From an uncultured Anaerolineae bacterium (GTDB lineage: Bacteria; Chloroflexota; Anaerolineae; J036; Brachytrichaceae): a stretch of DNA of 64,000 nucleotides. Position numbers and translations under genes: made by a program. The notes beneath the pieces were generated by a model. That model was not told the origin of the DNA and ran no database searches. It saw nothing but the letters and a program-made list of their open reading frames with translations. Location of the stretch: contig CALBEF010000013.1 of assembly GCA_937927775.1 (NCBI GenBank), forward strand, positions 52,079 to 116,078, written 5' to 3'. Below, in pieces: positions 9,301-17,363 of this stretch. Position 1 is the first letter of the stretch. Every line of letters starts with the position of its first letter.

Positions 9301-10248
9301 ATGGCCGGGGTGGTTGCCATGGATTACGAGAAGATCGTCCTCGTCACGCGCAAAACGCGACTGGAGGGCCTGATCGAGCGGTTCAACACCCGCTCGCAGG
9401 CCCGTTTCTACATCGAGCACAGCGGCGGCGACTTCAGCGTGTACGAGCGCGAGCACGACACCTATCACGCCGCGCTGTCGGCGTTGCGCGCGTCGCTCGA
9501 GCCGTTGCTGAACGTGCAGATGATCGAGCGCACCTATCTGCCGGCCTTTCTGTTCGCCGAGACGGATATGGTGGTGACGATCGGCGTCGATGGGCTGGTG
9601 GCGAATACCGCCAAGTATCTGAGCAGCCAGCCTCTCATCGCCGTCAACCCCGACCCGGCCCACATCGACGGCGTGCTGCTGCCATTCACGGTGCGCGAGG
9701 CGGCTGCGGCAGTGCGCCGTGTGATGAAGGGGCAGCACAACCTTCGCGCCGTAAGCATGGCCGAGGCGCGCTTAAACGACGGCCAGCGATTGCTGGCGTT
9801 CAACGATCTGTTCATCGGCGCGCGTACACACGTCTCGGCGCGTTACACGATTCACATTGGCGACCGCCGGGAAGCGCAGTCGTCCAGCGGTGTCATCGTC
9901 TCCACCGGCATCGGCGCAACCGGCTGGCTGAGCAGCCTGTTTAACATGGCGAATGGGCTGTGGGCTGCGTTCGGGCAACCAGCGTCTGCGCTGCAACCGC
10001 CGGCGCTGTCGCCAGAGGCGGACTGGCTGGCGTTCGTGGTGCGCGAACCCTTCGTCAGCAAGACTTCGCAGGCCGGCATCGTGGGAGGCGTAATCGAGCG
10101 CGACGCTCCCCTGCGCATCGAAGCGCACATGCCGGAAGGAGGGGTCATCTTCAGCGACGGCGTGGAATCGGACTTTCTGGCGTTCAACACCGGCAGCGCG
10201 GCGACGATTTGCCTCGCAGATCGTCGGGCATCGCTCGTGATCAAATAG
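9301..10248 (+). CDS. Atypical ATP-NAD kinase (PpnK) fold protein
   Basis: NAD-kinase-like motifs VVTIGVDGLVANTAKYL (GDG-type), NDLFIGARTHVSARY and SSGVIVSTGIGATGWLSS. Starts 4 nt after the SPFH stop. The start may be 9301 or 9319. Confidence 0.7.
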   Translation: MAGVVAMDYEKIVLVTRKTRLEGLIERFNTRSQARFYIEHSGGDFSVYEREHDTYHAALSALRASLEPLLNVQMIERTYLPAFLFAETDMVVTIGVDGLVANTAKYLSSQPLIAVNPDPAHIDGVLLPFTVREAAAAVRRVMKGQHNLRAVSMAEARLNDGQRLLAFNDLFIGARTHVSARYTIHIGDRREAQSSSGVIVSTGIGATGWLSSLFNMANGLWAAFGQPASALQPPALSPEADWLAFVVREPFVSKTSQAGIVGGVIERDAPLRIEAHMPEGGVIFSDGVESDFLAFNTGSAATICLADRRASLVIK

Positions 10249-10272
10249 CGAACAGCCGGCCTGTTTGCGACA

Positions 10273-10599
10273 TCACTCGTCCGGCTCCAGCGTGAACTTG
10301 AGCGGATAGCCCTCCAGCCGGGCGGCGAAGTGCGCTTTGTTCACCAACTGCTCGGCCTCGGACTTTGGGCGCGCGCAGACAAGCGCCCGGCCAGTGGTGT
10401 GCGCCAGCCATGTCACGTGCTCGGCAATGTCTGTCCCCAGCCTGAAGATACTCTTGAGCACGTGGATGACGAAATCGAACGGCGTCACGTCATCGTTGTG
10501 AATGATGACGCGCCAGGGCGGTTCGAGATCGACCGTCTGGCCGGCGATGGTTTCGACATCCGGCGTCGTGATCGTCGGGCCTGTCCTGCTGGTTGTCAT
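10273..10599 (-). CDS. clpS: ATP-dependent Clp protease adaptor ClpS
   Basis: PWRVIIHNDDVTPFDFVIHVLKSIF...AEHVTWLAHTTGRALV is the ClpS core. 108 aa. Confidence 0.9.
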   Translation of the reverse strand: MTTSRTGPTITTPDVETIAGQTVDLEPPWRVIIHNDDVTPFDFVIHVLKSIFRLGTDIAEHVTWLAHTTGRALVCARPKSEAEQLVNKAHFAARLEGYPLKFTLEPDE

Positions 10600-10690
10600 A
10601 GCGCGTTCCCGGAATGATACCCGCCCGCGCCGACAGCGTTACAATCGCGCCTGTTTGCTCGTCGGACACACTCAAACAAACCACGCGCAG

Positions 10691-10783
10691 AACCTGAGCG
10701 CATGAGACGTTGAGAGCGTGAGCGCATGAGAAACTGAGAACGCGCGAACCTGACAACCTTAACAACCTTAAGAACCTTAAACA
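10691..10783. repeat. Composite short-repeat region (clpS / yabN-like divergent spacer)
   Basis: GAGCGCATGAG-type units followed by AACCTTAAC AACCTTAAG AACCTTAAA (9-mer family, 10755..10783). Confidence 0.75.
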
Positions 10784-10788
10784 CCCCG

Positions 10789-12393
10789 ATGACTCACATG
10801 CTCACCATTCTCGGCCTCGGCCCCGGCGACGCCACCCTGCTCACCCGCGAAGCATGGGAGGTGTTGACTCATGCCCGCGTTGTGCATCTGCGCACGCGCA
10901 AGCATCCCACAATCAGCGGCCTGCCTTCGCACCTGACCCTGCGCGACTTCGACGCGCTGTACGACGCCGGCGACGACTTTGCGCAGGTCTACACGCGCAT
11001 TGTGGACGAGATCATCGCCGCCGCGCAGAGCGAGGACGTGGTGTACGCAGTCCCCGGCCATCCGCTGGTCGGCGAGGCGACTGTGCCCATGCTGCTTCAG
11101 CGCGCGCGCGACCTCGGCATCGAGACCCGCCTGGTCGCCGGCCTCAGCTTCATCGAGCCGGTGCTGGAGAGTCTGGTCAGTAGTCAGAAGTCAGAAGACG
11201 AGGCGCGCGACACGCAATACGCACTACGCACTACGCAACACGCAATACGCAACACGCAGCTTGCTGCCGACAATCCAAAATCCAAAATCCAAAATCCAAA
11301 ATCATTTGATCCGCTGGACGGCCTGCAACTCTGTGATGCGCTCGAACTGGCGGCGCTGCATCATCCGCCGTTGAACCCCGACCGGCCGGCGCTGATTGCC
11401 CAGCTCTACTCGCGCGCCATCGCATCGGATGTCAAACTGACGCTGATGAACCAGTACCCGCCGGCGCATCCCGTTGCTGTGGTGAACGGCGGCGCGCAGG
11501 ACGCAGATGAAAACGCTGTCGCCTGGGTAGCCCTTCACCGGCTCGATCACAGCGACCGCTTCGACCATCTGACCACGCTCTATGTGCCGGCCATGCCGAT
11601 AACGGCCAGCTTCGAGGGATTACAGGAGACCATCGCGCACCTGCGCGCGCCGGAGGGTTGCCCATGGGATCGCGCGCAAACCCATGAGTCGCTGCGCAGC
11701 GCGCTGCTGGAAGAGGTATACGAAGTGCTGACCGCGCTCGACGAGGGCGACCTGAGCGCCCTGCGCGAGGAAATGGGCGACCTGTTGATGAACCTCATCA
11801 TGCAGGCGCAGATTGCGACCGAAGCCGAAGAGTTCCGCATGGTGGATGTGATCGCCGAGATCGACGCCAAACTGAAACGCCGGCATCCGCATGTGTTCGG
11901 CGAGGTGGTTGTCAACGGCGTCGGCGAAGTGCTGAGCAACTGGAACGCCATCAAGCAACAGGAGCATGTCGAGAAGGGCGCCGCGCGCACGTCGGCCCTG
12001 GACGGCATTCCGCCGGCGTTGCCGGCGCTGGCGCAGGCGCAGAAGATGGCGCACAAGGCCGAGCGCGCCGGCTTTCAGTGGAGCAAGGACGCGCGCCAGG
12101 CCGCGCAGTTGCGGCTGGCGAAAGTCCACGAGGAGATTGATGAGATCGTTGCGGCCGGCGACAACGACCACCGCCGGGAGGAAATCGGCGACCTGCTGTT
12201 CACGCTGGCCGACCTGGCGGACGGGTTTGACATCGACGCCGAAACCGCCCTGCGCAAGGCGAACCTTAAATTCGCCCGGCGATTCCGCGCCATGGAAACG
12301 CTGATTCGTGAACGCGACCTGGATATGCAGGCCATGTCACTGACCGAACTGGAAGCGGTGTGGGCGGAAGTAAAACGAGCCGAGGCCGGCTAA
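10789..12393 (+). CDS. YabN-like fusion: tetrapyrrole (SAM) methylase domain + tandem MazG NTP pyrophosphohydrolase domains
   Basis: N-terminus LTILGLGPGDATLLT...VYAVPGHPLVGE (TP_methylase). C-terminus CPWDRAQTHESLRSALLEEVYEV...EEMGDLL and a second EEIGDLLFTLADLA MazG repeat. The interdomain linker carries three repeat arrays. Confidence 0.85.
   Translation: MTHMLTILGLGPGDATLLTREAWEVLTHARVVHLRTRKHPTISGLPSHLTLRDFDALYDAGDDFAQVYTRIVDEIIAAAQSEDVVYAVPGHPLVGEATVPMLLQRARDLGIETRLVAGLSFIEPVLESLVSSQKSEDEARDTQYALRTTQHAIRNTQLAADNPKSKIQNPKSFDPLDGLQLCDALELAALHHPPLNPDRPALIAQLYSRAIASDVKLTLMNQYPPAHPVAVVNGGAQDADENAVAWVALHRLDHSDRFDHLTTLYVPAMPITASFEGLQETIAHLRAPEGCPWDRAQTHESLRSALLEEVYEVLTALDEGDLSALREEMGDLLMNLIMQAQIATEAEEFRMVDVIAEIDAKLKRRHPHVFGEVVVNGVGEVLSNWNAIKQQEHVEKGAARTSALDGIPPALPALAQAQKMAHKAERAGFQWSKDARQAAQLRLAKVHEEIDEIVAAGDNDHRREEIGDLLFTLADLADGFDIDAETALRKANLKFARRFRAMETLIRERDLDMQAMSLTELEAVWAEVKRAEAG
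11176..11303. repeat. Three concatenated heptamer arrays inside the YabN-like interdomain linker
   Basis: GTCAGTA GTCAGAA GTCAGAA (11176..11197). ACGCAAT/ACGCACT x7 (11211..11259). CCAAAAT x4 (11271..11303). All in frame (..SSQKSEDE..DTQYALRTTQHAIRNTQ..NPKSKIQNPKS..). Confidence 0.9.
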
Positions 12394-12406
12394 CGCGAGC
12401 CAGTGG

Positions 12407-13780
12407 TCAGTTGATGCACAGCCGCTTGTCGCCGAACTGCACCCAGCGGCCATCTTTCAGTTTGATCAGCAGAAAGACGCGAAACGTCGCGCCGTCAGGA
12501 TACTCGCCGGCGTTGAAGCGGAACGAAGCAGCCCCCTGCGGAAATTGCAGGCTGATGGGCGCGCGCGCCGGACGATTGAACGGGCATACGCCGTCTGTTG
12601 GATCGAAGCGCAACCAGATCTCATCCACGTTCGCGCCGTACAGATTCCACGAGATGGACAGCGGGATGCTTTTGCCGTTCTCGTAGATCGCCCAGTCGCC
12701 CTGCGGGTCCCCCCAGGCAACGTCCTGGTCGACACAAAACGGATAGTTGGGATTGGCGCCGCGCCAGTTGGGCGACCTCTCAGTGCATGGGGCGCCGCCA
12801 TACGCCCTGGGTTCGGGGGTGGGCGTTGACAAGGCCGGCGCGGGCTGGCGCGCGGCCGCCGTCGCAGCCACTGTGATCGGCGCGCTCGTCGGGGTCGGTG
12901 GCGCCAGAGCCACGCCGACCGCGCGAGCCGCGTCGGTCGCCTGCGCCAACTCGGCAAAGACCCAGCCGACGCCGTCTGGCGCAGCGGGAAAACTGATCTG
13001 CCACCACTGGCCGTCGGCGCTCTTGCCGCGCACCGGCGCCGTTGCGCCCAGCGCCAGTTGGCCGACGACCGCGTAATTCGTCCCTGGCCCGGCGCGGACG
13101 TTGAGAAGATCGACCGCAACCGTCAGGCTGGGCTGGCCGGGCGCGCTCGCAGTGGGCGCAGCCGGTGTCGCGGCAGGTTGCGCGCTCTCAGCGGCGCCGG
13201 TTGCCGCACCCGTCGCCGGCTCGGCAGTGGCGGTTTCGCCGCCCGGCTGGCCCGCCTGCGTTGAAGGCGGCTGCTGGGTAGGGACAGGTGTCGGGGTCGG
13301 CGGCATGGCCGGCGTTGCTGTGGCCGGCGGCGGCGCTTCCGCTTCAGCAGCCGGCGTGGGAACAGCCAGTCCGGCCTGAGCAGTAAAGATAACCGGCTCC
13401 GAGGTCACCAGCAACTGGTCGCCCGGCCCGTACACGTTAAACTGGATAATATGAGTTCCCGCCAGCGCCGGCGTCCAGTTTGCCTGCACGGGAAAGTTGG
13501 AGACACCCTGACTGGTGTCGCGCACCGACAACAGCGCCATCTGCAAGCCGTCGATGAGAATCTCCACGCGCACGATGTTCTCGCCCGTCACCGTGCCCTG
13601 GATCGGCAGCTCAACGCCAACCGGCACCTGGGCGTTCATCGTGGGCGAGGTGATGGTCACCACAGTGGGTTGGGCCGCATCGACGCAGGCCGACAGCGCC
13701 AGCAGCGCGGCGATCAGGATGCCGCCTGACCAGGCGCGAGCCAGTTGCAAGCGCTGGACCATCCGTCGCCGTTGACCCAT
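12407..13780 (-). CDS. Lipoprotein with Ig-like N-domain, Pro/Ala/Thr linker, SH3b domain and a conserved Cys-containing C-terminal domain (paralog 1)
   Basis: Lipobox ALLALSAC. SH3b-like LNVRAGPGTNYAVVGQLALGATAPVRGKSADGQWWQI. C-terminal ...CTERSPNWRGANPNYPFC...WGDPQGDW...LCIN is shared with the neighbouring gene. Confidence 0.6.
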   Translation of the reverse strand: MGQRRRMVQRLQLARAWSGGILIAALLALSACVDAAQPTVVTITSPTMNAQVPVGVELPIQGTVTGENIVRVEILIDGLQMALLSVRDTSQGVSNFPVQANWTPALAGTHIIQFNVYGPGDQLLVTSEPVIFTAQAGLAVPTPAAEAEAPPPATATPAMPPTPTPVPTQQPPSTQAGQPGGETATAEPATGAATGAAESAQPAATPAAPTASAPGQPSLTVAVDLLNVRAGPGTNYAVVGQLALGATAPVRGKSADGQWWQISFPAAPDGVGWVFAELAQATDAARAVGVALAPPTPTSAPITVAATAAARQPAPALSTPTPEPRAYGGAPCTERSPNWRGANPNYPFCVDQDVAWGDPQGDWAIYENGKSIPLSISWNLYGANVDEIWLRFDPTDGVCPFNRPARAPISLQFPQGAASFRFNAGEYPDGATFRVFLLIKLKDGRWVQFGDKRLCIN

Positions 13781-13833
13781 AGTTCACCACCCTTGCTGTG
13801 TTCGTGATTATACGGTCAGGCGCGGGCGGCCTC

Positions 13834-15135
13834 TTATCGGATGCACAATTTCTTCTGCCCCCACTGCGACACCCGGCCATCCGTCAGGCGCACCGTGAAA
13901 TACACCCAGAATGTGCCGCCAAGTGGGAAATCGAGCACATTGAAGCTATAAGTGCCGGCAGCCGGCACAACCTGATCGACCTCGCGCTGAGCCGGGCGGG
14001 CAAAATCGCAGGCCGCGTCGCTTTGGGTGAAGTGGATGCGCACCTCGGCGATATTCGGCCCGAACATCGCCCACGAGATCGACAGCGGAATGTCCTTGCC
14101 GTTGTCGTACACATTCCAGTCGCCCTGCGGGTCGCCCCAGGCAGGGTCCTGGGTAGCACAGAAGGGATAGTTGGGATTGGCGCCGCGCCAGTAGGGCGAC
14201 GATTCATCGCACACCGGACCGGACGGCGAGGCGGTGGCTTCTGCAACAGGCGTGGCAGGGGCCGGCGCAGCCACGTCACCGGCTGTCACAGGCGCGCTGG
14301 TGGGGGGCGGCGGCGCCTGCGCCACCGTCACATTCTGCGCGGCAGCATTGGCCTGGGCCAGTTCGCCAAACACCCAGCCATTGCCATTCTGAAAGGCGAT
14401 TTGCCACCATGCGCCGTCGGCGCTCTTGCCTTTCACCGCCGCCGTCTGTCCATTTTGCAACTGGCCGATGGCCGGGTAATTCGTGCCCGGCCCTTCGCGC
14501 ACATTGACGGTTTCTGCCGTCACAGTTAGCGTGGGCGTTTCGAGCACACTGTCCGGCGGGGCCGCTATCGTCGCGGTGATCGTGGATGTGTCTGGCTGAG
14601 CTGCCGCGTCTGGCGTGGCAGTCGGCGGCGCCGGGGTTTGGGTTGGCTGAGGCAGCGGCTCTGGTGTTGGAGGCGGCGCGGCAGGCGTGGGGGAGACCGC
14701 ATTGACGGTAAACACCACTGCATCTGATTTGGCAATCAGGGTGTCATTCGGGCCGTACACGTTGAACTGAATGAAGTGCGCGCCGGCTGCGGTCGGCGTC
14801 CATTCCAACAGAATGGGCAACTGGGCTGCATTTCTGGCCTCCTCGCTCACCGGCGCGTTGGCGAGCGGCACGCCGTCCAGAACGACCTCGATGCGGGCGA
14901 TGTTTGCGCCGGGCAGGTTGTCGCCAGTGACCGTGCCCTGGATAGTCATCGGCGTATTGGCATCGACCGTGGCATTGGCAACCGGCGACGTAATGACAAC
15001 CGACGGCGGCTGCGCTGCTCCACCGCAGCCGGCCAGGCCGGCCAACGTCAGCGCCAGCGTCACAACAAGTGTCAACACCCGGGCCGGAAAGGCATTCAAG
15101 TGTTTGCGGTTCATAGTCCTCCACACACGCGGCAT
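13834..15135 (-). CDS. Lipoprotein, paralog 2 of 12407..13780 (same domain order)
   Basis: Lipobox LAGLAGC. SH3b-like VNVREGPGTNYPAIGQLQNGQTAAVKGKSADGAWWQI. C-terminal CDESSPYWRGANPNYPFC...WGDPQGDW...LCIR aligns with paralog 1. Confidence 0.6.
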   Translation of the reverse strand: MPRVWRTMNRKHLNAFPARVLTLVVTLALTLAGLAGCGGAAQPPSVVITSPVANATVDANTPMTIQGTVTGDNLPGANIARIEVVLDGVPLANAPVSEEARNAAQLPILLEWTPTAAGAHFIQFNVYGPNDTLIAKSDAVVFTVNAVSPTPAAPPPTPEPLPQPTQTPAPPTATPDAAAQPDTSTITATIAAPPDSVLETPTLTVTAETVNVREGPGTNYPAIGQLQNGQTAAVKGKSADGAWWQIAFQNGNGWVFGELAQANAAAQNVTVAQAPPPPTSAPVTAGDVAAPAPATPVAEATASPSGPVCDESSPYWRGANPNYPFCATQDPAWGDPQGDWNVYDNGKDIPLSISWAMFGPNIAEVRIHFTQSDAACDFARPAQREVDQVVPAAGTYSFNVLDFPLGGTFWVYFTVRLTDGRVSQWGQKKLCIR

Positions 15136-15293
15136 CCATTCCAGATCTCATCCTGTGGGGTCTGGCTGGAGGCCGTAATTACGGCAAAACATTCTAACCC
15201 AGCGATCAGACATCTCGGCCATCGGCGATTGATCCGCCGCGCTCCCCAGGCGGTATAGTTAACGCTTCACGCTCACGTGGGGCAGACAATGCC

Positions 15294-15629
15294 ATGTCAA
15301 AGATGGATCGCAAGCACATACATCTGGAAAAGCGACAACACAAATGGCTGAAGCAGGCGGCCAAAGCGCGCGGCGTGCCGCAGGCAGAGATCATCCGCGA
15401 AGCGATTGACTTGTATATCGCGTCCCAGACAGCGCGCGCGGCCAGAGCAAAGCAAAAACGCGCCGGCCCTGCCAACGCAAAATCGACCTCGGCGCGCCGG
15501 CCATCCCACCAGGCGCCAAAACCGCCCACGCCCGCAACGCCCCGCGCCGACACGCCATCCAAATGGCGCGGCGATGACCCGAACGAAGAACGCCTCAGAC
15601 AAATCGAGCGCCTGACCGCCGGGGGGTAG
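15294..15629 (+). CDS. Ribbon-helix-helix (CopG-like) domain protein with disordered basic/Pro-rich tail
   Basis: KHIHLEKRQHKWLKQAAKARGVPQAEIIREAIDLYI fits an RHH beta-alpha-alpha pattern. No partner toxin gene is adjacent. Confidence 0.55.
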   Translation: MSKMDRKHIHLEKRQHKWLKQAAKARGVPQAEIIREAIDLYIASQTARAARAKQKRAGPANAKSTSARRPSHQAPKPPTPATPRADTPSKWRGDDPNEERLRQIERLTAGG

Positions 15630-15648
15630 GGGCGAACGGCCGCGATTG

Positions 15649-15674
15649 CAGGGGCGAACAGCCGTTCGCCCCTG
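15649..15674. terminator. Hairpin between convergent genes (bidirectional terminator candidate)
   Basis: CAGGGGCGAAC-AGCC-GTTCGCCCCTG, an 11-bp perfect stem, lying between the RHH gene stop and the metallophosphoesterase stop (15675). No clear U-tract. Confidence 0.5.
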
Positions 15675-16523
15675 CTACATCTCCAGAAACGCCTCGACGG
15701 ATTCTTCCATCGTCATCCCGCCGGCCAGCACAGGCGCCTCGAACTGTTGCGCCCACTGGTAGAGTTGCGAGTGCGCCGTGCGCAATTCGATCCGCATCAG
15801 CCGCGCCAGCGGGCCGCCCTGTTCCAGAAAGCCGGTTTCCTCGTAGTCGCGATCGGCGCGCTCCAGGTCATAGGCCAGGCGAATGATCTCCGCCGACCAC
15901 GCGCCGTTGCGCCAGATGAGTTGCGCGTAAGCAGCGCGCGTGTCACCGTCGAACGGCATGCCCACCGACCCGGCATTGACCACCAGCGTGTCCTGGACAC
16001 AGCGCACAAACGGCATGTGCGTATGGCCGACACAGAACAGCGACGGCGGGCGATCGCCCGGACGGGGCGGGCCGACTTGCAGCAGCACTTCGGCGTCCGG
16101 TGCGCGCCGGTAGACGCCGTCGCGCGTCCCGCGCATCGAGGCGTGCGTGAAGCGCGCTTCGCTGCCATCGGGCGAATCCAGGCTGAGACTGAACGGCAGC
16201 GCGGCGAGCGGTCGCATATCACGCCCAAGCTGACAATAGGTGAAGTAAGAAGCGCGGCGAATCTCGAATGCCGGCCCGCTGCGCGGCGCGTCCGGCTCTG
16301 CGTGACGCATGACGTACTCCTCATGGTTGCCCAGCAGCAGGCGCCAGCCGGCAGCGCGCGCTTTATCTTGCGCAAAGTTCAGACATTCCAGCGAACGCGG
16401 GCCGCGATTCACCAGATCGCCGGCCACAATGACATGATCGGGCCGCCATGCCTGCAGGTGGTCTGTCACCGCTTCCAGCGCGGGGAGGTTGGCGTGCACA
16501 TCCGAGATAACGGCGATTTTCAT
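15675..16523 (-). CDS. Metallophosphoesterase (calcineurin-like, diadenosine tetraphosphatase/PrpE-like)
   Basis: MKIAVISDVHANLPALEAV...VIVAGDLVNRGP...LLGNHE...VGHTH are the MPP motifs. Confidence 0.85.
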   Translation of the reverse strand: MKIAVISDVHANLPALEAVTDHLQAWRPDHVIVAGDLVNRGPRSLECLNFAQDKARAAGWRLLLGNHEEYVMRHAEPDAPRSGPAFEIRRASYFTYCQLGRDMRPLAALPFSLSLDSPDGSEARFTHASMRGTRDGVYRRAPDAEVLLQVGPPRPGDRPPSLFCVGHTHMPFVRCVQDTLVVNAGSVGMPFDGDTRAAYAQLIWRNGAWSAEIIRLAYDLERADRDYEETGFLEQGGPLARLMRIELRTAHSQLYQWAQQFEAPVLAGGMTMEESVEAFLEM

Positions 16524-16594
16524 GCGTCTATTTTCAGCATCCCTATCATAGCCGCGCGGACAATGCGTTGATTGGTTTAGAATGAGAAGGCGAT

Positions 16595-17302
16595 ATGAGC
16601 CACGTCTCGGTTGCAGTCACCGTCGATATCGTCATCTTTGCGTTGCGGGACAACGACCTGCAGGTGCTGCTGGTCAAACGCAAGTACCCACCCTATCAGG
16701 GCCTGTGGGCCATTCCTGGCGGCTATGTGCAGGCCAACGAATCGCTGGAAGACGCCGCCGCCCGCGAGTTGCGCGAGGAGACCGGAATTAGCGTAGAGAA
16801 CCCCGCAAACGGCGCGGCACATCCGGGCGCGACTGTGCCCTACATCGAACAGCTCTACACCTTTGGCGATCCGGGCCGCGACCCGCGCGGGCGCGTGATC
16901 ACGGTGGCCTATTTCGCGCTGGTGCCGGCCCCGCTGGCGATTCAGGCCGGCAGCGACGCCAGCGACGCCGAATGGAAGCCCGTGCGCAGCCTGCCGCGCA
17001 TGGCCTTTGACCATGCGCAAATCGTCCGGTACGCGCTCAAAAGACTGCGCTATAAACTGGAGTACAGCGCGGTCGGGTTCCAGTTGCTGCCGCCTGTGTT
17101 CACCCTCAGCGAACTTCAGCGCGCCTACGAGACCATCCTGGGTGAAACGCTCGACAAGCGCAACTTCCGCCGGCGCATCCTGCAAGCCCAGGTCATCGAA
17201 GAAACCGGCCAGTACCAGGCCGGCGAAGGGCGCCCGGCCATGCTCTATCGCTTCCGCGAAGACGCCGTCGCCGAGGTCAAGGCCCGCCGGCTGTTCCCCT
17301 GA
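16595..17302 (+). CDS. Nudix hydrolase domain + C-terminal winged-helix (NrtR-like regulator)
   Basis: Nudix box GGYVQANESLEDAAARELREETGI. C-terminal FDHAQIVRYALKRLRYKLEYSAVGFQLLPPVFTLSELQRAYETILG...DKRNFRR resembles the NrtR DNA-binding domain. Confidence 0.7.
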   Translation: MSHVSVAVTVDIVIFALRDNDLQVLLVKRKYPPYQGLWAIPGGYVQANESLEDAAARELREETGISVENPANGAAHPGATVPYIEQLYTFGDPGRDPRGRVITVAYFALVPAPLAIQAGSDASDAEWKPVRSLPRMAFDHAQIVRYALKRLRYKLEYSAVGFQLLPPVFTLSELQRAYETILGETLDKRNFRRRILQAQVIEETGQYQAGEGRPAMLYRFREDAVAEVKARRLFP

Positions 17303-17305
17303 TAA

Positions 17306-17340
17306 CACATCCCCGGAATCTTGAAGATTCCGGGGATGTG
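17306..17340. repeat. 35-nt palindromic (REP-like) element, copy 1
   Basis: CACATCCCCGGAATCTT-G-AAGATTCCGGGGATGTG, 17-bp arms, 3 nt after the Nudix gene stop. A near-identical copy lies at 21030..21063. Confidence 0.8.
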
Positions 17341-17363
17341 CTGCTCACAGGCACCCCTCCCCC

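Noticed and set aside
11176-11303. Heptamer arrays as phase-variation (frameshift) switches
   Set aside because: The host genes are core metabolic or respiratory genes, where on/off switching by single 7-nt unit changes would be lethal or costly. All arrays are currently in frame. I cannot exclude copy-number variation in multiples of three units.
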